From: Squalus acanthias
Lineage: Eukaryota
DNA: 64,000 nucleotides
Assembly (NCBI GenBank): GCA_030390025.1
Contig: CM059432.1
Location: 33,420,001 to 33,484,000 of the forward strand
Direction: 5' to 3'
Shown here: one piece after another, positions 1-12,942 of the stretch
Position numbering within the stretch: the stretch's first letter is position 1
How the letters are laid out: every line of letters starts with the position of its first letter
Made by a program: the position numbers and the translations under genes
Notes under the pieces: model-generated
The model's input: the letters and a program-made list of their open reading frames with translations, nothing else
The model's database searches: none
Told to the model about the DNA's origin: nothing

Positions 1-420
1 GAGAGGGTCGGTGATGGCTGCCCCACTGCCAGCGTCCACAGGGTCAGCGTTGGATGGGGAGGAGATTGGCAAGATTTGCCACCATTGGGCGCGCTGGGTG
101 GGAAGGTCGGCGAGAGAGTCGGATGGGACAGTTGGGGTTGCTGCTCGTAAGGAGTCAGTGAAGAGAGCCTCGATGGGCCCTTTGTAGGATGCCAAAAGAG
201 GCACAGAGAGAAGCTGTAGGCTTATCTAAGATCGAGTCAAGCCTGGGACGTTGGCCGGAGAGTAGGAAGGTGGAAGAGTAATGAAGGATTGGGGTAGGGA
301 TTTGGGAGGGAAGAGTATCCGAGAGAGGAGAGTTGAAAGGAGGCATGTCGACAGGAGAGAGCAGTCAGGGAGGGATAGAGAGAAAAGGAAAAGAGGGGGA
401 GAAAGTAGAAAAGTATTGAA
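1..420 (-). mobile_element. Probable 5' region of an L2-type LINE running off the window start
   Basis: Pyrimidine-rich minus-strand leader resembling L2 5' ends; no coding motif inside the window, recognition only. Confidence 0.3.
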
Positions 421-1283
421 TGGCTCGGGTCCAGTGGCATATCCAATAATGCAGCACTCCTCTCACTTGGATTGAAGTGTCATCCTACATTATGAGTTGA
501 AACCAGCATTATATTGTGTTTTACAACGGACTGTAAGGCGTATGCTGAAAGATTGAGTTGGGGAAGCCATGAAGAGTGGGAGGTGGGCCAGTGAGTTGGC
601 TGGTTTAAAATTCAAATTGTTAGTTATACCCTGCCACAAGAGTACAAAGTGTGAATATTGAGTGCAATAAATAGGAACATAGGACTTGATAGACAATACC
701 GACCGTGGTCTATCTACTTCGCCTTCTACCATCCTGGTAGTCGCAGTGTCACAATGACAGTGGGGCTATTGACTAATCATAGCAATCAATCTCCAGTCTA
801 TAACAGACCCAGACATGATGCCAGGAAAAGCCCAGTGATGGAGCTTTGGGAAGAATGGGTCCAAAGTCGCATGTTCCTCCCAAGCACGTTACACTTACCA
901 CGTCATGTCTCAAATTACTTGTAAATTTTCCCATTCTCCACCTCTGACAATCTTACCTTGATGAGCATAAAATTTGCCCTTCTTAAAACACTGCATAATT
1001 CCTAAACGTGTCCTTCAAAATTAACAGCAATTCCATTAACTTGTAAATATTACACATGGTTGGAATTACAATTGCCGTGTGATTACAGAATTAATACCAT
1101 ACTGCTACTTGTTTGATCTGTTTTCACTCCTCTTTTGTCTTTCTAATGTGTTTCCACAGTTTATTGTCCAGCACTAAGCCACCTCTTTCCAGTTTTATCC
1201 AGTAACAACTGCTATTAAATCCACATATTGCATCTTTGTGATAATCACTAGAATCTCTGGCTCTTAGATTTTACTTGTTGTTT

Positions 1284-1720
1284 TGATCACCCCTGTGCTC
1301 GCTGACCTACATTGGCTCCCGGTCCACCAACGCCTTGATTTTAGAATTCTCATCCTCATGTTCAAATCCCTCCAGGGCCTCTCCCCTCCCTTTCTCTCTA
1401 ACGTCCTCCGAGAACTCGATGTTCCTGCAACTCTGGCCTCTTGTGCATCCCCCACTTCCTTTACCCACTATTGGTGGCCGTGCCTTCAGCCATCTAGACC
1501 CTAAGCTCTGGAATCCCTCCCCAAACCTCTTCGCCTCTCCACCTCTCTCTCCTCCTTTAAGACTCGGTTTAAAACTTACCTCTTTGACTAAGCGTTTGGT
1601 CACCTGTCCTAATGTCTCCTTCTTTGGCTCAGTGTCATTATTTGTCTGATTACGATCCTGTGAAGCACCTTGGGACGTTTTCCTACATTAAAGGTGCTAT
1701 ATAAATAAAAGTTGTTGTTT
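1284..1720 (+). mobile_element. L2 LINE 3' fragment
   Basis: ITPVLADLHWLPV C-terminal L2 motif, then the L2 tail ctgtgaagcaccttgggacg...aaaggtgctatataaat and gtt repeats. Confidence 0.85.
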
Positions 1721-1769
1721 TCTCCTCCCATCTTTGTTTTGTTCAATCCTACATGCAGCCTCATCTACA

Positions 1770-1870
1770 ATTCTGATGAAGGGCCTACATCCAAAACAGT
1801 AACTTATCTTTCCTCTTCCCAGATGCTCATGGCATTCACTGTATATTTCCTTCATTTTCAGTTTTAATTT
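1770..1870 (+). mobile_element. Decayed Penelope-like terminal repeat fragment
   Basis: ttctgatgaaggg...cagatgct...attttcagtttt, similar to 12905-13010. Confidence 0.5.
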
Positions 1871-2440
1871 AGGATTTATATTGCTGCTACTGTTAGAAGT
1901 CCCAAGCCACCTAACATGACCTCCTCCTCCTCCTCAATTCAGGCATCCTCTTCTGTTTGTTTCCTACTACAAGACATGCAGCTGTTTCGACAGGACGCCC
2001 ACAGGAATTGACAGGAAAAAAAAGGCAAATGTGTCCATCGTCAGTATGATCAAAGAATTGGCCTCTTCCTTCCTGCCAGCTGTTATCATTGAACAAGCAC
2101 TGTGAGTTCTTGTGCCCAGAGAGGATTGCGATTGACATCCTGGATACTTTTTCTCACCTTCCTCTAGAGGGGAATAATGTCCGTTAAATAGTTTGACTTA
2201 ATTTTTTTTTAAATTGAAGCCTCACCTGTTCCCACATATTTTTGAGTCTCCAGTTGCTGTCTTTGCTCATCACATTTGCTAATTTAAGCACAACACGAAA
2301 GATGGTCAAGGTCACAAAATTCTTAATGATTTAAATTAGCTGCGTACCACATATGCGTACATGAATTTCTGCAGGATAAGTTTGATCTCGAAGGATTCTC
2401 TTCCATTAATGAGATAGAAGAGGCTCTGAAAAAAAAATAT

Positions 2441-2915
2441 TGGGTCGAAATTCTGCTTCCCCGTGGGATGGAATCAGAATTTGGGGCGGAATCTGGATCC
2501 GCGGTGCTTCCGTCCCTTGACACCAGCAAACTCCACTCGGCATTTCTTCTGCCCGCTCCCCACATCCTAGCAGCAGTTTGGGGGCGTGTCTGAGGATATT
2601 CCCGAACTAACCCTGGGAATCCCAACGGATACACCGACCTTAGGCCTAGAGATACTGATGTCTGCTTAGAGCAGGCGAAGGTGTCTTTCTGGGCTGAATG
2701 TGGGCAAGTGACAGTCGATCTTAGGGAGATCACTTGACATTGGATTGTGGCCCTGTGAATGTGGCAGTCATCAAGGAAGTAACTACTGCTACCTTCAAGC
2801 AGCCTGTAGCTCCCTCACTTGGAGCGATGGGGTGCCCCATTTTTTCAATGACTTGCCCCAGGATTTGGGGTGGATTTGTGGGGCGCGGGGGGAGGTGTGG
2901 TATTTCCAAGCTCAT
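2441..2915. mobile_element. Probable Harbinger-type MITE (decayed)
   Basis: Starts gggtcgaaattc like the other TIRs in the window; GC-rich body; right end uncertain. Confidence 0.35.
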
Positions 2916-3314
2916 ACAGTTATAGAGCACCTTATCACATCTCTCATAAATGTCTCTGAGTGTCTCGCATACAATGAATTACTTTGAAATAAGTGATGTT
3001 GTTTGAGAGTGGAATCTTGGGCGTGGCACTGGAAGAACTCCCTGCTCTTCTTTGAATAGTGGCATGGGATCTATAACAGTCACCCGAAGTACTAGAACAA
3101 TCCAATGAGGACTGGACCTCCAATAATGTAGCATTCCATCTGTGCTGCTTTCGAGTCTCAGTATAGATTATGTGCTCAGTCTGATTTGATTGACTCAGAG
3201 GCAAGAGTGCTACAAGCTGGGTTTCGATTTTTTTCTGTCTTAAAAAATACATACATTTCTCTTACCATTCTCTTTTCCTCATGTTGGACTCATCAAAGTG
3301 TAAACTTGTCTTAG

Positions 3315-3810
3315 CTGCTAGCACTCACTGCTGGGTTAGAAGGTTGTGAGTTCAAACCTCACTCTAGGACTAAAACCTCTCTTAATCTATCCTTCATTGG
3401 CTCAGAATGCATTTTTCCATATGCCTCTGTGAAGCTTCATGGATCGTTTTTCTATATTAAAGGTGCGATATGAACGCAAGTTGTTGGAACATATGCTGAT
3501 AGTCAACTGCAGTGCTGAGAAGGTGCTACATTCTCCTTTGGATGTGATGTTAAAATGAGGCTGTATCGGCCTATGGTTTAAGTGAATATTAAACAAAAAT
3601 CTCACAACAATTCTTGAAGAAGAACAAGCTGGACTCCTGGCCAACATTTCTCCTTCAACAAATATCAAAAAACAAATGAGTTGGTTATTCACTCCTGTCT
3701 GCTTATGGGATGTTGCTGGTGCAGTATGGCTGCTGCATTTGCCTCCATATCAATCGTCAAGTGAGACATTTTGACAATGTAACATGGTGCTGTATAAATG
3801 CAAATATTTT
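3315..3810 (+). mobile_element. Decayed Deu-domain tRNA-SINE, interrupted by a short L2-tail piece
   Basis: tagcactc...agaaggttgtgagttcaaac head and a central domain similar to 38690-39147. Confidence 0.55.
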
Positions 3811-4104
3811 TATTTGACTCCGACAACATGGGAATGACCAACATATGTCTACATGAGCTTGGCCAATGTTACTTTTTGCCAAGCTGATAAGAAAGCATTT
3901 TGAAGTGGAGGCTAGATGTGAGGTAAAAATCCAATCAATCATTCTCTCACCTCTAACCTTCAACCTCTGTTGCAACCCTGTTGTCTCCCCATATATTAAC
4001 AATGCAACAGCTCCTCTTAACTTTGCTGTCTTGTTCCTCCTAAATACCCTGTCCTTTACGGCCTTGTTTTTTCCTGCATACTCACACTGTCCACCACTGA
4101 GGAA

Positions 4105-5325
4105 CTGAAAGAAATTAGTATTAGTAAAAAAATAGTACTGGAGAAATTAATGGGACTGAAAGCCGATAAAACCCCTGACCTGATGCCCTACATCCTAGGG
4201 TTTTAAAAGAGGTGGCTATAGAGATAGTGGATGCATTGGTTGTCATCTTCCAAAATTCCATAGTTCCTGTGGATTGGAAGGTAGCAAATGTAACCCCACT
4301 ATTTAAGAAAGGAGGGAGAGAGAAAACGGGGTACTACAGACCAGTTAGCCTGATATCAGTAGTAGGGAAAATGCTAGAATCTATTATTAAGGATGTGGTA
4401 ACAGGGCACTTAGAAAATAATAATAGGATTGGGCAGAGTCAACACGGATTTATGAAAGGGAAATCATGTTTGACGAATCTGTTAAGAGTTTTTTGAGATT
4501 GTAACTAGCAGAATAGATAAGGGGGAACCAGTGGATGTGGTGTATTTGGATTTTCAGAAGGCATTCGATAAGGTGCCACACAAGAGGTTATTAAACAAAA
4601 TTAGGGCTCATGGGATTGGGGTAATATACTAGCATGGATTGAGGATTGGTTAATGGACAGAAAACAGAGAGTAGGAATAAACGGGTCATTTTCGGGTTGG
4701 CAGGCTGTAACTAGTGGGGTAGCGCAAGGATCAGTGCTTGGGCCTCAGCTATTCACAATCTATATCAATGATTTGGATGAGGGGACCAAATGTAATATAT
4801 CCAAGTTTGCTGATGATACAAAGCTGGGTGGGAATGTAAGTTGTGAGGAGGATGCAAAGAGGCTTCAAGGGGATATAGACAAGCTAAGTGAGTGGGCAAG
4901 AACATGGCAAATGGAATATAATGTGGAGAAATGTGAAGTTATCCACTTTGGTAGGAAAAATAGAAAAGCAGAGTATTTTTTAAATGGTGAGAGATTAGGA
5001 AATGTTGGTGTTCAGAGGGACCTGGGTGTCCTTGTACACAAATCACTGAAAGTTAACATGCAGGCACAGCAAGCAATTAGGAAAGCAAGTGGTATGTTGG
5101 CCTTTATTACAAGAGGATTTGAGTATAAGAGTAAAGACATCTTACTGCAATTATATAGGGCCCTGGTGAGACCACACCTGGAGTACTGTGTACAGTTTTG
5201 GTCTCCTTACCTAAGGAAGGATATACTTGCCATAGAGGGAGAGCAGTAAAGGTTCACCAGACTGATTCCTGGGATGGCAGGACTGTCGTATGAGGAGAGA
5301 TTGAGTATACTAGGCCTGTATTCAC
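4105..5325 (+). mobile_element. CR1 LINE fragment (RT region)
   Basis: DWKVANVTPLFKKG, YRPVSL, QGSVLGP, KFADDTK, RPHLEYCVQFWSP; contains frameshifts. Confidence 0.95.
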
Positions 5326-5344
5326 CCCCTCCATCTCTTTAACA

Positions 5345-5970
5345 CATATTGGGATTTCTGGGGCATTGCTGGGTTAGCAGGGCTTTGCGTGTACCTGCAG
5401 TAGTCATAGGCCCAAAGATACTATTTAAATGAGATGGGGGGAAGGGTTCGCAGCCTCTTGCCTCACTCTTTAATTCTCCCTCTTGGTAAGCACTCGAGCA
5501 TCAGGTGGCGGGGGGGGTGGCGGTGGTGGTGGACCAGAAAATACAGCTCTGTGGCCTGTCCTTGAACCCCCAGCGGCTGGTGGGTGCACAGGGTTCTGAA
5601 GACACACCAAACAATCGCAGGTAGGCCTCCTCTGTAATTTTTTGCACCCAACCCAGAATCCTCAGGTCAATTCAGGACCTTCTGGCTGCTGATCTGCATC
5701 GCCACCAGCATGCCTCAATCACTGAGACCATACTCAGCTGAGAGGCCCATAGCTGCCTCTGATTTCCCCATCGCTACCACTGGCACTAGGCCTTGCCAGA
5801 GGTCAGGCATGCCAGGAGTCAGGCCTGTGCAAGGACTGCCCCAGGGCAATTTAAATGAAAAGATAGGAAATCCCAGCAATCCTGGGACCGGAGAGGAGCA
5901 GCACGCTTCAGGTGCAATGCTCCTGTCTAACCGTAGGACAGGGAGGAAGAGCAAGGAACAGACTGTTATC
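5345..5970. mobile_element. Possible decayed MITE inside the L2 5' part
   Basis: tatttaaat and gaggagcag motifs shared with other MITEs here; ends not defined. Confidence 0.3.
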
Positions 5971-5974
5971 ATCA

Positions 5975-7675
5975 ACCCTGTCTTCAAACCTTGACACCTT
6001 TGTCCTTGCAAATGAATGCCCCATCCCCAACCTCCCTTTCCTTGCTAAGGTTCTTGAACATGTTGTCGCCTCCCAAATCTGTAGCCATCTTTCCTGCACG
6101 TCTGTGTTTTCTGCCATTGTCATTACACTGAAATGGCTCTAATTACAATTTACATTCTCTGTGATTGTGACCATGGTACATTTTCTCTCCTCATCCTCCT
6201 TGGCCTCTCTGCAGCATTTGACACGATTGACCACTCCATCCTTCTCCAACGCATCTCCTCTGTAGTCCGGCTCAGTGGCATTGCCCTCACTTGATTCCAT
6301 TCTTACCTATCTAATTGTAGCAACAGCATCTCCAGCAATGGCTTCTCTTCCCACCCGTGCACTGTTACATCTAGAGTCCGCTAAGGACCTATCCTTGGTC
6401 CCCTCCTCTACCTCATCTACCTGTTGCTCCTTCACAGCATCATCCAAAGACACAGAGTCAGCTTCCACAAGTACACTGATAATTCCCTCGTGGGGGAATC
6501 TAGAACTAGGGGCATAGTTTCAGAGTAAGAGGTCGCCCATTTAAAACGGAGATGAGGAGGAATTTCTTCTCTCAGAGGGTCGTGAATCTTTGGAATTCTC
6601 TACCCCAGAGAGCTGTGGAGGCGGAGTCATTGAATATATTCAAGGCGGAGATAGACAGATATTTGAGCTACAGGGGAGTCAAGGGTTACGGGGAGTTGGC
6701 AGGAAAGTGGAGTTGAGGCCAAGATCAGATCAGCCATGATCTTATTCAATGGTGGAGCAGGCTCGAGGGGCCAAATGGCCTACTCCTGCTCCTATTTCTT
6801 ATGTTCTTAATGCCCTGCTCTACTTCTCTACCACCTGTCTCAACCCTTCTACTGCCTCTCTGCTGTCAGACCGCTTGTTCAACATCCGATCCTGGATGAG
6901 CTGCACTTTCCTCCATTTTGGAAATATTGGAAAGACTGTAGCCATAGTATTCAGCCCCCGGCACAAATTCTGTATGCTCACCACTGACTCCAGCCCCTTC
7001 CCCGGCTACTGTCTCAAGTTGAACCAGTCAGTTCGCAACCTTAGCATTCTATTCCACCCTGAACTGAGTTACCAGCACCATCACAAACACCGCCTACTTC
7101 CACCCCTAAGATTGTCCACCTCCACCCCTCAGTTGCTGAAACCCTCACCCATTACTTTATCACAATCCAGACTCGACTATTCCAATTTAGTCTTCTATCT
7201 TCCACACATTGTAAACTTCAGTTCATCCAAAATTTCTGCTACCCATATCCTATCCCGCACCAAGTCCCGCTCACCCATCATTCCTGTTCTTGTTGACCTA
7301 CATGGATCGCTTCCCGCTTCCCTATTGTCATGTTTAAATCTGTTCATGACCTCGCCTCTCCCTATTTCTGTAACCTCCTCCAGCGCTACAGCCTGATCCT
7401 CCCGAACTCTATTTATCTGACTGTGGCCTCTTGTGCCTACTCCCCTCACTTTAACCCAGCTTTGGTGGCTGTGCCTTCAGTCACCTAGGCCCCACGCTCT
7501 GGAATTCCCTCCCTAAATCCCTTTACCTCTCCACTGTTCAGTTATCCTTTAAGACCCTGCATAAAACCCACCTCTTTTTCACCCCCCAATATCTTTCTTC
7601 AGCTCAGCGTTGATATTTGTCTGATTACGCTTCTGTGAAATGCATTAGGGTGTTTTTCTACATTAAAGATACTAT
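5975..7675 (+). mobile_element. L2 LINE fragment (RT to 3' tail) with a nested CR1 3' end; tail resumes about 8440-8460 after a MITE
   Basis: PIPNLPFLAKVLEHVV, SRLDYSN, PIIPVLVDLH, L2 tail. Confidence 0.9.
6487..6808 (+). mobile_element. CR1 3' end nested in L2
   Basis: gagatgaggaggaatttcttc...aaatggcctactcctgctcctatttcttatgttctt tail. Confidence 0.9.
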
Positions 7676-8438
7676 GGGCCAAAAATTCGGCCCTTCCCGG
7701 GTGAGTACACAGTCCGTACTCACCCGTAATGTGTCCCGAAGTGCCGGTTTCCTGCATGCACTGCGCATGCACGGGAAACCGGAACTTCCGGTATGGTGAA
7801 GGGGGCGGTTCCTAGGTGAACCGCGTGCGCGGTAGAGGCTGCGCGCACGCAGCAAACTTAGATTTTTTTCAGGTTTCTATGCGAGGGTAAGTAGTGAAGA
7901 AACTACGCTATTAAAAAGCAGGCGCAGGACCCGTTTTCAACAAGGTAAGTGGTTAATTAAGTATAATTTAATTTTTTTTTCAACAGGTTTATCTTTTTTA
8001 GATACTTTAAAGAAAGGTAAGTTTATTTTTATCACTTTTAAAAAGTATTTTAATTTTTTCAAAATTTTAAATTTTTGTTTAAAGTGGTTAATTTATTTAA
8101 CTATAGTTATTTTATAAATGTGATGGGTTTTTAAAAAAATTATTTTAAGTTTAGCTGTTCTTTTGGGGCTGATTTCAATTCACAGATTTGACAGGTCTCC
8201 TGTCAAATCTATGAATGAAAGATGGTCTGCTGCCATTGGCTCTCCATGGCCCACGTGATCCCAGGCGACGCATCGCACTAACTGCGCCCCTGGGACACGC
8301 AAGCACTGCGCGCCGGCTCTTGGAGCAGGACCAGGAGCTGAAGTTCCTGTGGGCCCAAAACACAACGGCAGGCGCGGTAGGTAAGTGCACGCGCGATCCT
8401 TACCCCCGCGGCAAGCCGGAGAGGCGAATTTCTGGGCC
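7676..8438. mobile_element. Harbinger-type MITE
   Basis: TIRs gggccaaaaattcg / cgaatttctgggcc; inserted after TAT in the L2 tail; GC-rich ends, AT-rich core. Confidence 0.8.
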
Positions 8439-8473
8439 ATGATCAATGCAAGTTATATATTATATATTATAAA

Positions 8474-8995
8474 ATGGATGTAGAGGCACTGGAGGGGGTG
8501 CAGAGAAGATTTATAAGGATGATACCAGAAATGCGAGGGTATACATATCAGGAAAGGATGAACAGGCTGGGTATATTTTCTCTTGAAAACAGAAGGCTGA
8601 GGGGTGACCTAATAGAGGTCTTTAAAATTATGAAAAATTTTGATAGAGTGGATACAGAGAGAATGTTTCCACTTGTGGGGAAGAGCATAACTAGAGGCCA
8701 TCAGTATAAGATAGTCACCAAGAAATCAATAGGGAATTCAGAAGAAACTTCTTTATCCAAGGAGTGGTGAGAATGTGGAACTCGCTACCACAGGGAGTGG
8801 TTGAAGCGAATAGTATGGATGCATTTAAGGGGAGGCTAGACAAGCATATGAGAGAAAAGGGAATAGAGGGTTATGCTGATAGATTTAGATGAGGAAAGAC
8901 GGGAGGAGGATCGTGTGGAGCATAAACGCCAGCATGTACTGGTTGGGCCGAATGGCCTGTTTCTGTGCCGTCTATCCTATGTAATGCTATGTAAA
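8474..8995 (+). mobile_element. CR1 3' fragment
   Basis: LEGVQRRFIRMIP, RRLRGDLIEVFKI, CR1 tail. Confidence 0.9.
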
Positions 8996-9039
8996 GTTGT
9001 TGTTTTCTTTCCCACTCTTTTATATCTTGGTGGTGTCAC

Positions 9040-9240
9040 TGTCACCCTGTGTTACTGACTGCATCTGTACTGATGTTAATCCAACTCCCTCACATTGTAA
9101 CTCAGCAGCCCCTCAACCCCAGCGCCTTGTGTTACTGACTGTGTCTTTAGCGATGTTAATCCAGCTCTCTCTCACTGTCGGGCTCAGTGACTTCTCCCTC
9201 CTAGCATCCTGTGTTACTGACTGTATGTCTACTGATGGAA
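9040..9240. repeat. Diverged tandem repeat, about 81-bp period, about 2.5 copies
   Basis: tgtgttactgactg...gatgttaatcc recurs at about 9047, 9127 and 9209. Confidence 0.6.
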
Positions 9241-11478
9241 ATTGAAATAGAAAAACAAAGGTACATTCGCAATTCTATGTAACTGATAGTGATAATCGCT
9301 GTTTGGAGCCATGTCTGTGAATCTTTTTGTGTGGTCCTTCATGGAAAGGTTGAGAGTTAAATAGAAATTACAGCGCAGAAACAGGCTATTCAGCCCAACT
9401 CGTCCATGCCGGTGTTTATGCTCCACATGAGCCTCCTCCCACCCTACTTAATCTCCCCCTATCAGCATATCCTTCTGGTGAGATGTAGAGTAATGACCAA
9501 TGGATGCAGGAAGATTGGCTGTTAGTTCTGTTCTGACTGATGCCGTCAGAACCACTCAGTCTTGGGAAAGGCCCAAAAAGTTGTGGAAACATCTGACTGC
9601 CTCTTAAACACGTTTGTAATACTGAGAGAGATTCGCCTCATTAATTTTGCTAAAGTGAACAGGCGTGTGATGTTATCTGCAGATTACTTGACATAATTTA
9701 TTATAATTGGAGCCCTCACTGCAGAAATGAAGTGTGTTTCCAATCTCCTCTAATGGGCAGCTTTAAGCTTTCTTTACCATCCTGTTTTTCTTCTGAGGTT
9801 TTGACATTTCATATGATAAGGATTATTTTGTTGTTGCACAGTCTGTCATGTTACAAGGCACCACAACATTGTCAAGATTGTCCTTGTGCTTGTCAAGATG
9901 AAGACTGTTAGTGTAAGAGAATGGGCAACTTTCTCCCTTTTTCTACACAGAGCATAGGAAACTCACAGCTTTGGTGTAGCGCAGGTTAGATTCAGCGTAA
10001 ATAAAAACAGAAAATGCTGGAAATACTCAGCAGGTCAGGCAGCATCTGCAGAGAGAGAAACAGAGTTAACATTTCAGGTCGATGACCCTTCGTCAGAACT
10101 GGAAAAAGTTGGAGATGGAACAGGTTTTTAAGCAAGTGTAGGGGCAGGGAAAAGGGGGAGGGGAGAAAAGAAGAAAAGGGAATGTCTGTGAGGATGGAAG
10201 GCAGGAGAGATTAAGAGACAAAAGGGATGATGGTGCAAAGCAAAAGGAGATGGTAATGGGACAAGTTAAGAAACAAAAGATGACTCTAGATGAAGTGTAA
10301 ATGGCGACTGGCAGAATGATCGACAGCTGCCATGTGAGAGGGAAGGTTATGGTCTGAAATTGTTGAACTCAATGTTGAGTCCAGAAGGCTGTAAAGTGCC
10401 TAATCAAAAAATGAGGTGCTGTTCCTCGAGCTTACATTGAGCTTCATTAGAACAGTGAAAGAGGCCGAGGACAGAGTGGTCAGAGTGGGAGTGGAGCGGA
10501 GAATTATGGTGACAGGCGACCGGAAGCTCAGGGTCACCCTTACGGACTGAATGGAGGTGTTCCGCAAAGTGGTCACCCAATCTGCGTTTGGTCTCCCCAA
10601 TGTAGAGGAGACCATATTGTGAGCAGCGAATACAGTATACTAAATTGCAAGAAGTACAAGTAAATCGCTGTTTCACCTGCAAGGAATGTTTAGGGCCCTG
10701 AACAGTGGGAAGGGAGGAGGTAAAAGGGCATGTGTTGCTCTGACAATGCCACCTTCCATACTAGTGCTTCCGACATGTCTTCCTTTCTCCTCAACAGAGG
10801 ATTCCCCTCTACTGTGGTTGACATGGCCCTTGACCATGTCCGTTCTATTTCCCGCACTTCTGCTCTTATCCCTTCCCCTCCCTCGCAGAACCATGATAGG
10901 GTTCCCCTTGTCCTCACCTTTCACCCCACCAGCCTCCACATTCAACGGATTATCCTCCGCCATTTCCGCCACTTACAGCGTGATCCCACCACCAAACACA
11001 TCTTCCCCTCCCCTCCCCTTTCAGCACTCTGAAGGGACTGCTCCCTCCGCAACACCCTGGTCCACTCCTCTATCACCCCCAACATCCCTTCCCCTTTGCC
11101 CGGCACCTTCCCGTGCAAGCACAGGCGATGCAACACATGTCCTTTTACCTCCTCCCTTCCCACTGTCCAGGGCCCCAAACACTCCTTCCAGGTGAAACAG
11201 CGATTTACTTCTTGCAATTTAGTATACTGTATTCGCTGCTCACGATGTGGTCTCCTCTACATTGGGGAGACCAAACGCAGATTGGGTGACCGCTTTGCGG
11301 AACACCTCCGTTCAGTCATAAGGGTGACGCTGAGCTTCCGGTCGTCTGTCACTTTAATTCTCTGCTTCACTCCCACTCTGACCTCTCTGTCCTCGGCCTC
11401 TTTCACTGTTCCAATGAAGCTCAACGTAAGCTCGAGGAACAGCACCTCATCTTTTGATTAGGCACTTTAGAGCCTTCT

Positions 11479-12593
11479 CACCCTCAGTAAGCTCCCCGCT
11501 GGAGTGGAGCTAATCTACAGAACAAACGGGAAAATGCTCAACCTCCGTCGCCTCCAGTCCAGATCCAAGGTCGTCCCATCCTCTGTCATCGAATTACAGT
11601 ATGCAGACGACGCTTGCATCTACGCACACTCTGAGGTCGAACTCCAAACCATCGTCAACACCTTCACCGAAGCGTACGAGAGCATGGGCCTTACACTAAA
11701 CATCCACAAGACAAAAGTCCTCTACCAACCTGCCCCCATCACACAGTACTGCTCCCCGATTATCAAAATCCATGACGAGGCCTTGGACAATGTGGACCAC
11801 TTTCCATACCTCGGGAGCCTACTGTCAACAAGGGCAGACGTCGATGACGAAGTCCCACACCGCCTTCAGTGTGCCAGTGCAGCCTTCGGTCGCCTGAGGA
11901 AGAGAGTGTTTGAAGACCAGGACCTCAAACCCAGCACCAAGCTCATGACCTACAGAGCAGTAGTGATACCCGCCCTCCTGTATGCTTCAGAGACATGGAC
12001 CATGTACAGCAGCCACCTCAAAGCACTGGAGAGGTGCCACCAACGCTGCCTCTGCAAGATCCTGCAAATCCATTGGCAGGATAGGCGCACCAACGTCAGT
12101 GTTCTCGCTCAGGCCAACATCCCCAGCATCGAAGCTTTGACCACGCTCGATCAGCTCCGATGGACGGGTCACATCGTCCGCATGCCCGATACGAGACTCC
12201 CAAAACAAGCGCTCTACTCGGAGCTCCGACACGGCAAGAGAGCCCCAGGTGGACAGAGGAAACGCTTCAAGGACACCCTCAAAGCCTCCTTGAAAAAGTG
12301 CAACATCCCCACTGACACCTGGGAATCCCTGGCCCAAGACCGCACAAAGTGGAGGAGAAGCATCCGGGAAGGAGCCAAATACCTCGAGCCTCTTCGTTGG
12401 GAGCAAGCGGAAGCCAAGCGCAAGGAGCGCACGTCAACCCAAGCACCCCACCCACCTGCCCCTTCAACCACCGTCTGCCCCACCTGTGACAGAGACTGTA
12501 GGTCCCGCATTGGACTCATCAGTCACCTGAGAACTCATTTTTAATGTGGAAGCAAGTCATCCTCGGTTTTGAGGGACTGCCGAAGAAGAAGAA
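11479..12593 (+). mobile_element. RTE-clade LINE, 5'-truncated
   Basis: Open RT C-terminal frame, (GAA)n tail, splits the Penelope-like sequence. Confidence 0.9.
11504..12544 (+). CDS. RTE reverse transcriptase C-terminal part with terminal C2H2-like zinc finger (partial)
   Basis: LQYADD, FPYLGS, LLYASETW, QLRWTGH, CPTCDRDCRSRIGLISHLRTH; 346 codons with no stop. Confidence 0.85.
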   Translation: MELIYRTNGKMLNLRRLQSRSKVVPSSVIELQYADDACIYAHSEVELQTIVNTFTEAYESMGLTLNIHKTKVLYQPAPITQYCSPIIKIHDEALDNVDHFPYLGSLLSTRADVDDEVPHRLQCASAAFGRLRKRVFEDQDLKPSTKLMTYRAVVIPALLYASETWTMYSSHLKALERCHQRCLCKILQIHWQDRRTNVSVLAQANIPSIEALTTLDQLRWTGHIVRMPDTRLPKQALYSELRHGKRAPGGQRKRFKDTLKASLKKCNIPTDTWESLAQDRTKWRRSIREGAKYLEPLRWEQAEAKRKERTSTQAPHPPAPSTTVCPTCDRDCRSRIGLISHLRTHF

Positions 12594-12902
12594 GGACTGA
12601 ACATTGAGTTCAACAATTTCAGACCATAACCTCTGCCCCTATCTCTTTTTTCATTTTTTTTCTCTCTCACATGGCAGCTGTCGATCATTCTGCCATCGCC
12701 ATTTACACTTCATCTAGAGCCATCTTTTTTTTCTTAACTTGTCCCATTACCATCTCCTTTTGCCTTGCACCATCATCCCTTTTGTCTCTTAATCTCTCCT
12801 GCCTTCCATCCTATCACAGAACTTCCCTTTTGTTCTTTCCTCCCCTGCCCCCTTTCCCTGCCCCTACACTTGCTTAAAAACCTGTTCCATCTCCAACTTT
12901 TT

Positions 12903-12942
12903 CCAGTTCTGACGAGGGGTCATCGACCTGAAACGTTAACCG
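12903..12942 (+). ncRNA. Minimal type I hammerhead ribozyme motif in Penelope-like terminal repeat
   Basis: gtt-CTGACGA-g-gggtc atc gacct-GAAA-C-GTT-aac. Confidence 0.7.

Noticed and set aside
1911..2170. Possible host exon on the minus strand
   Set aside because: Short open frames, no recognisable motif and no convincing pair of splice sites
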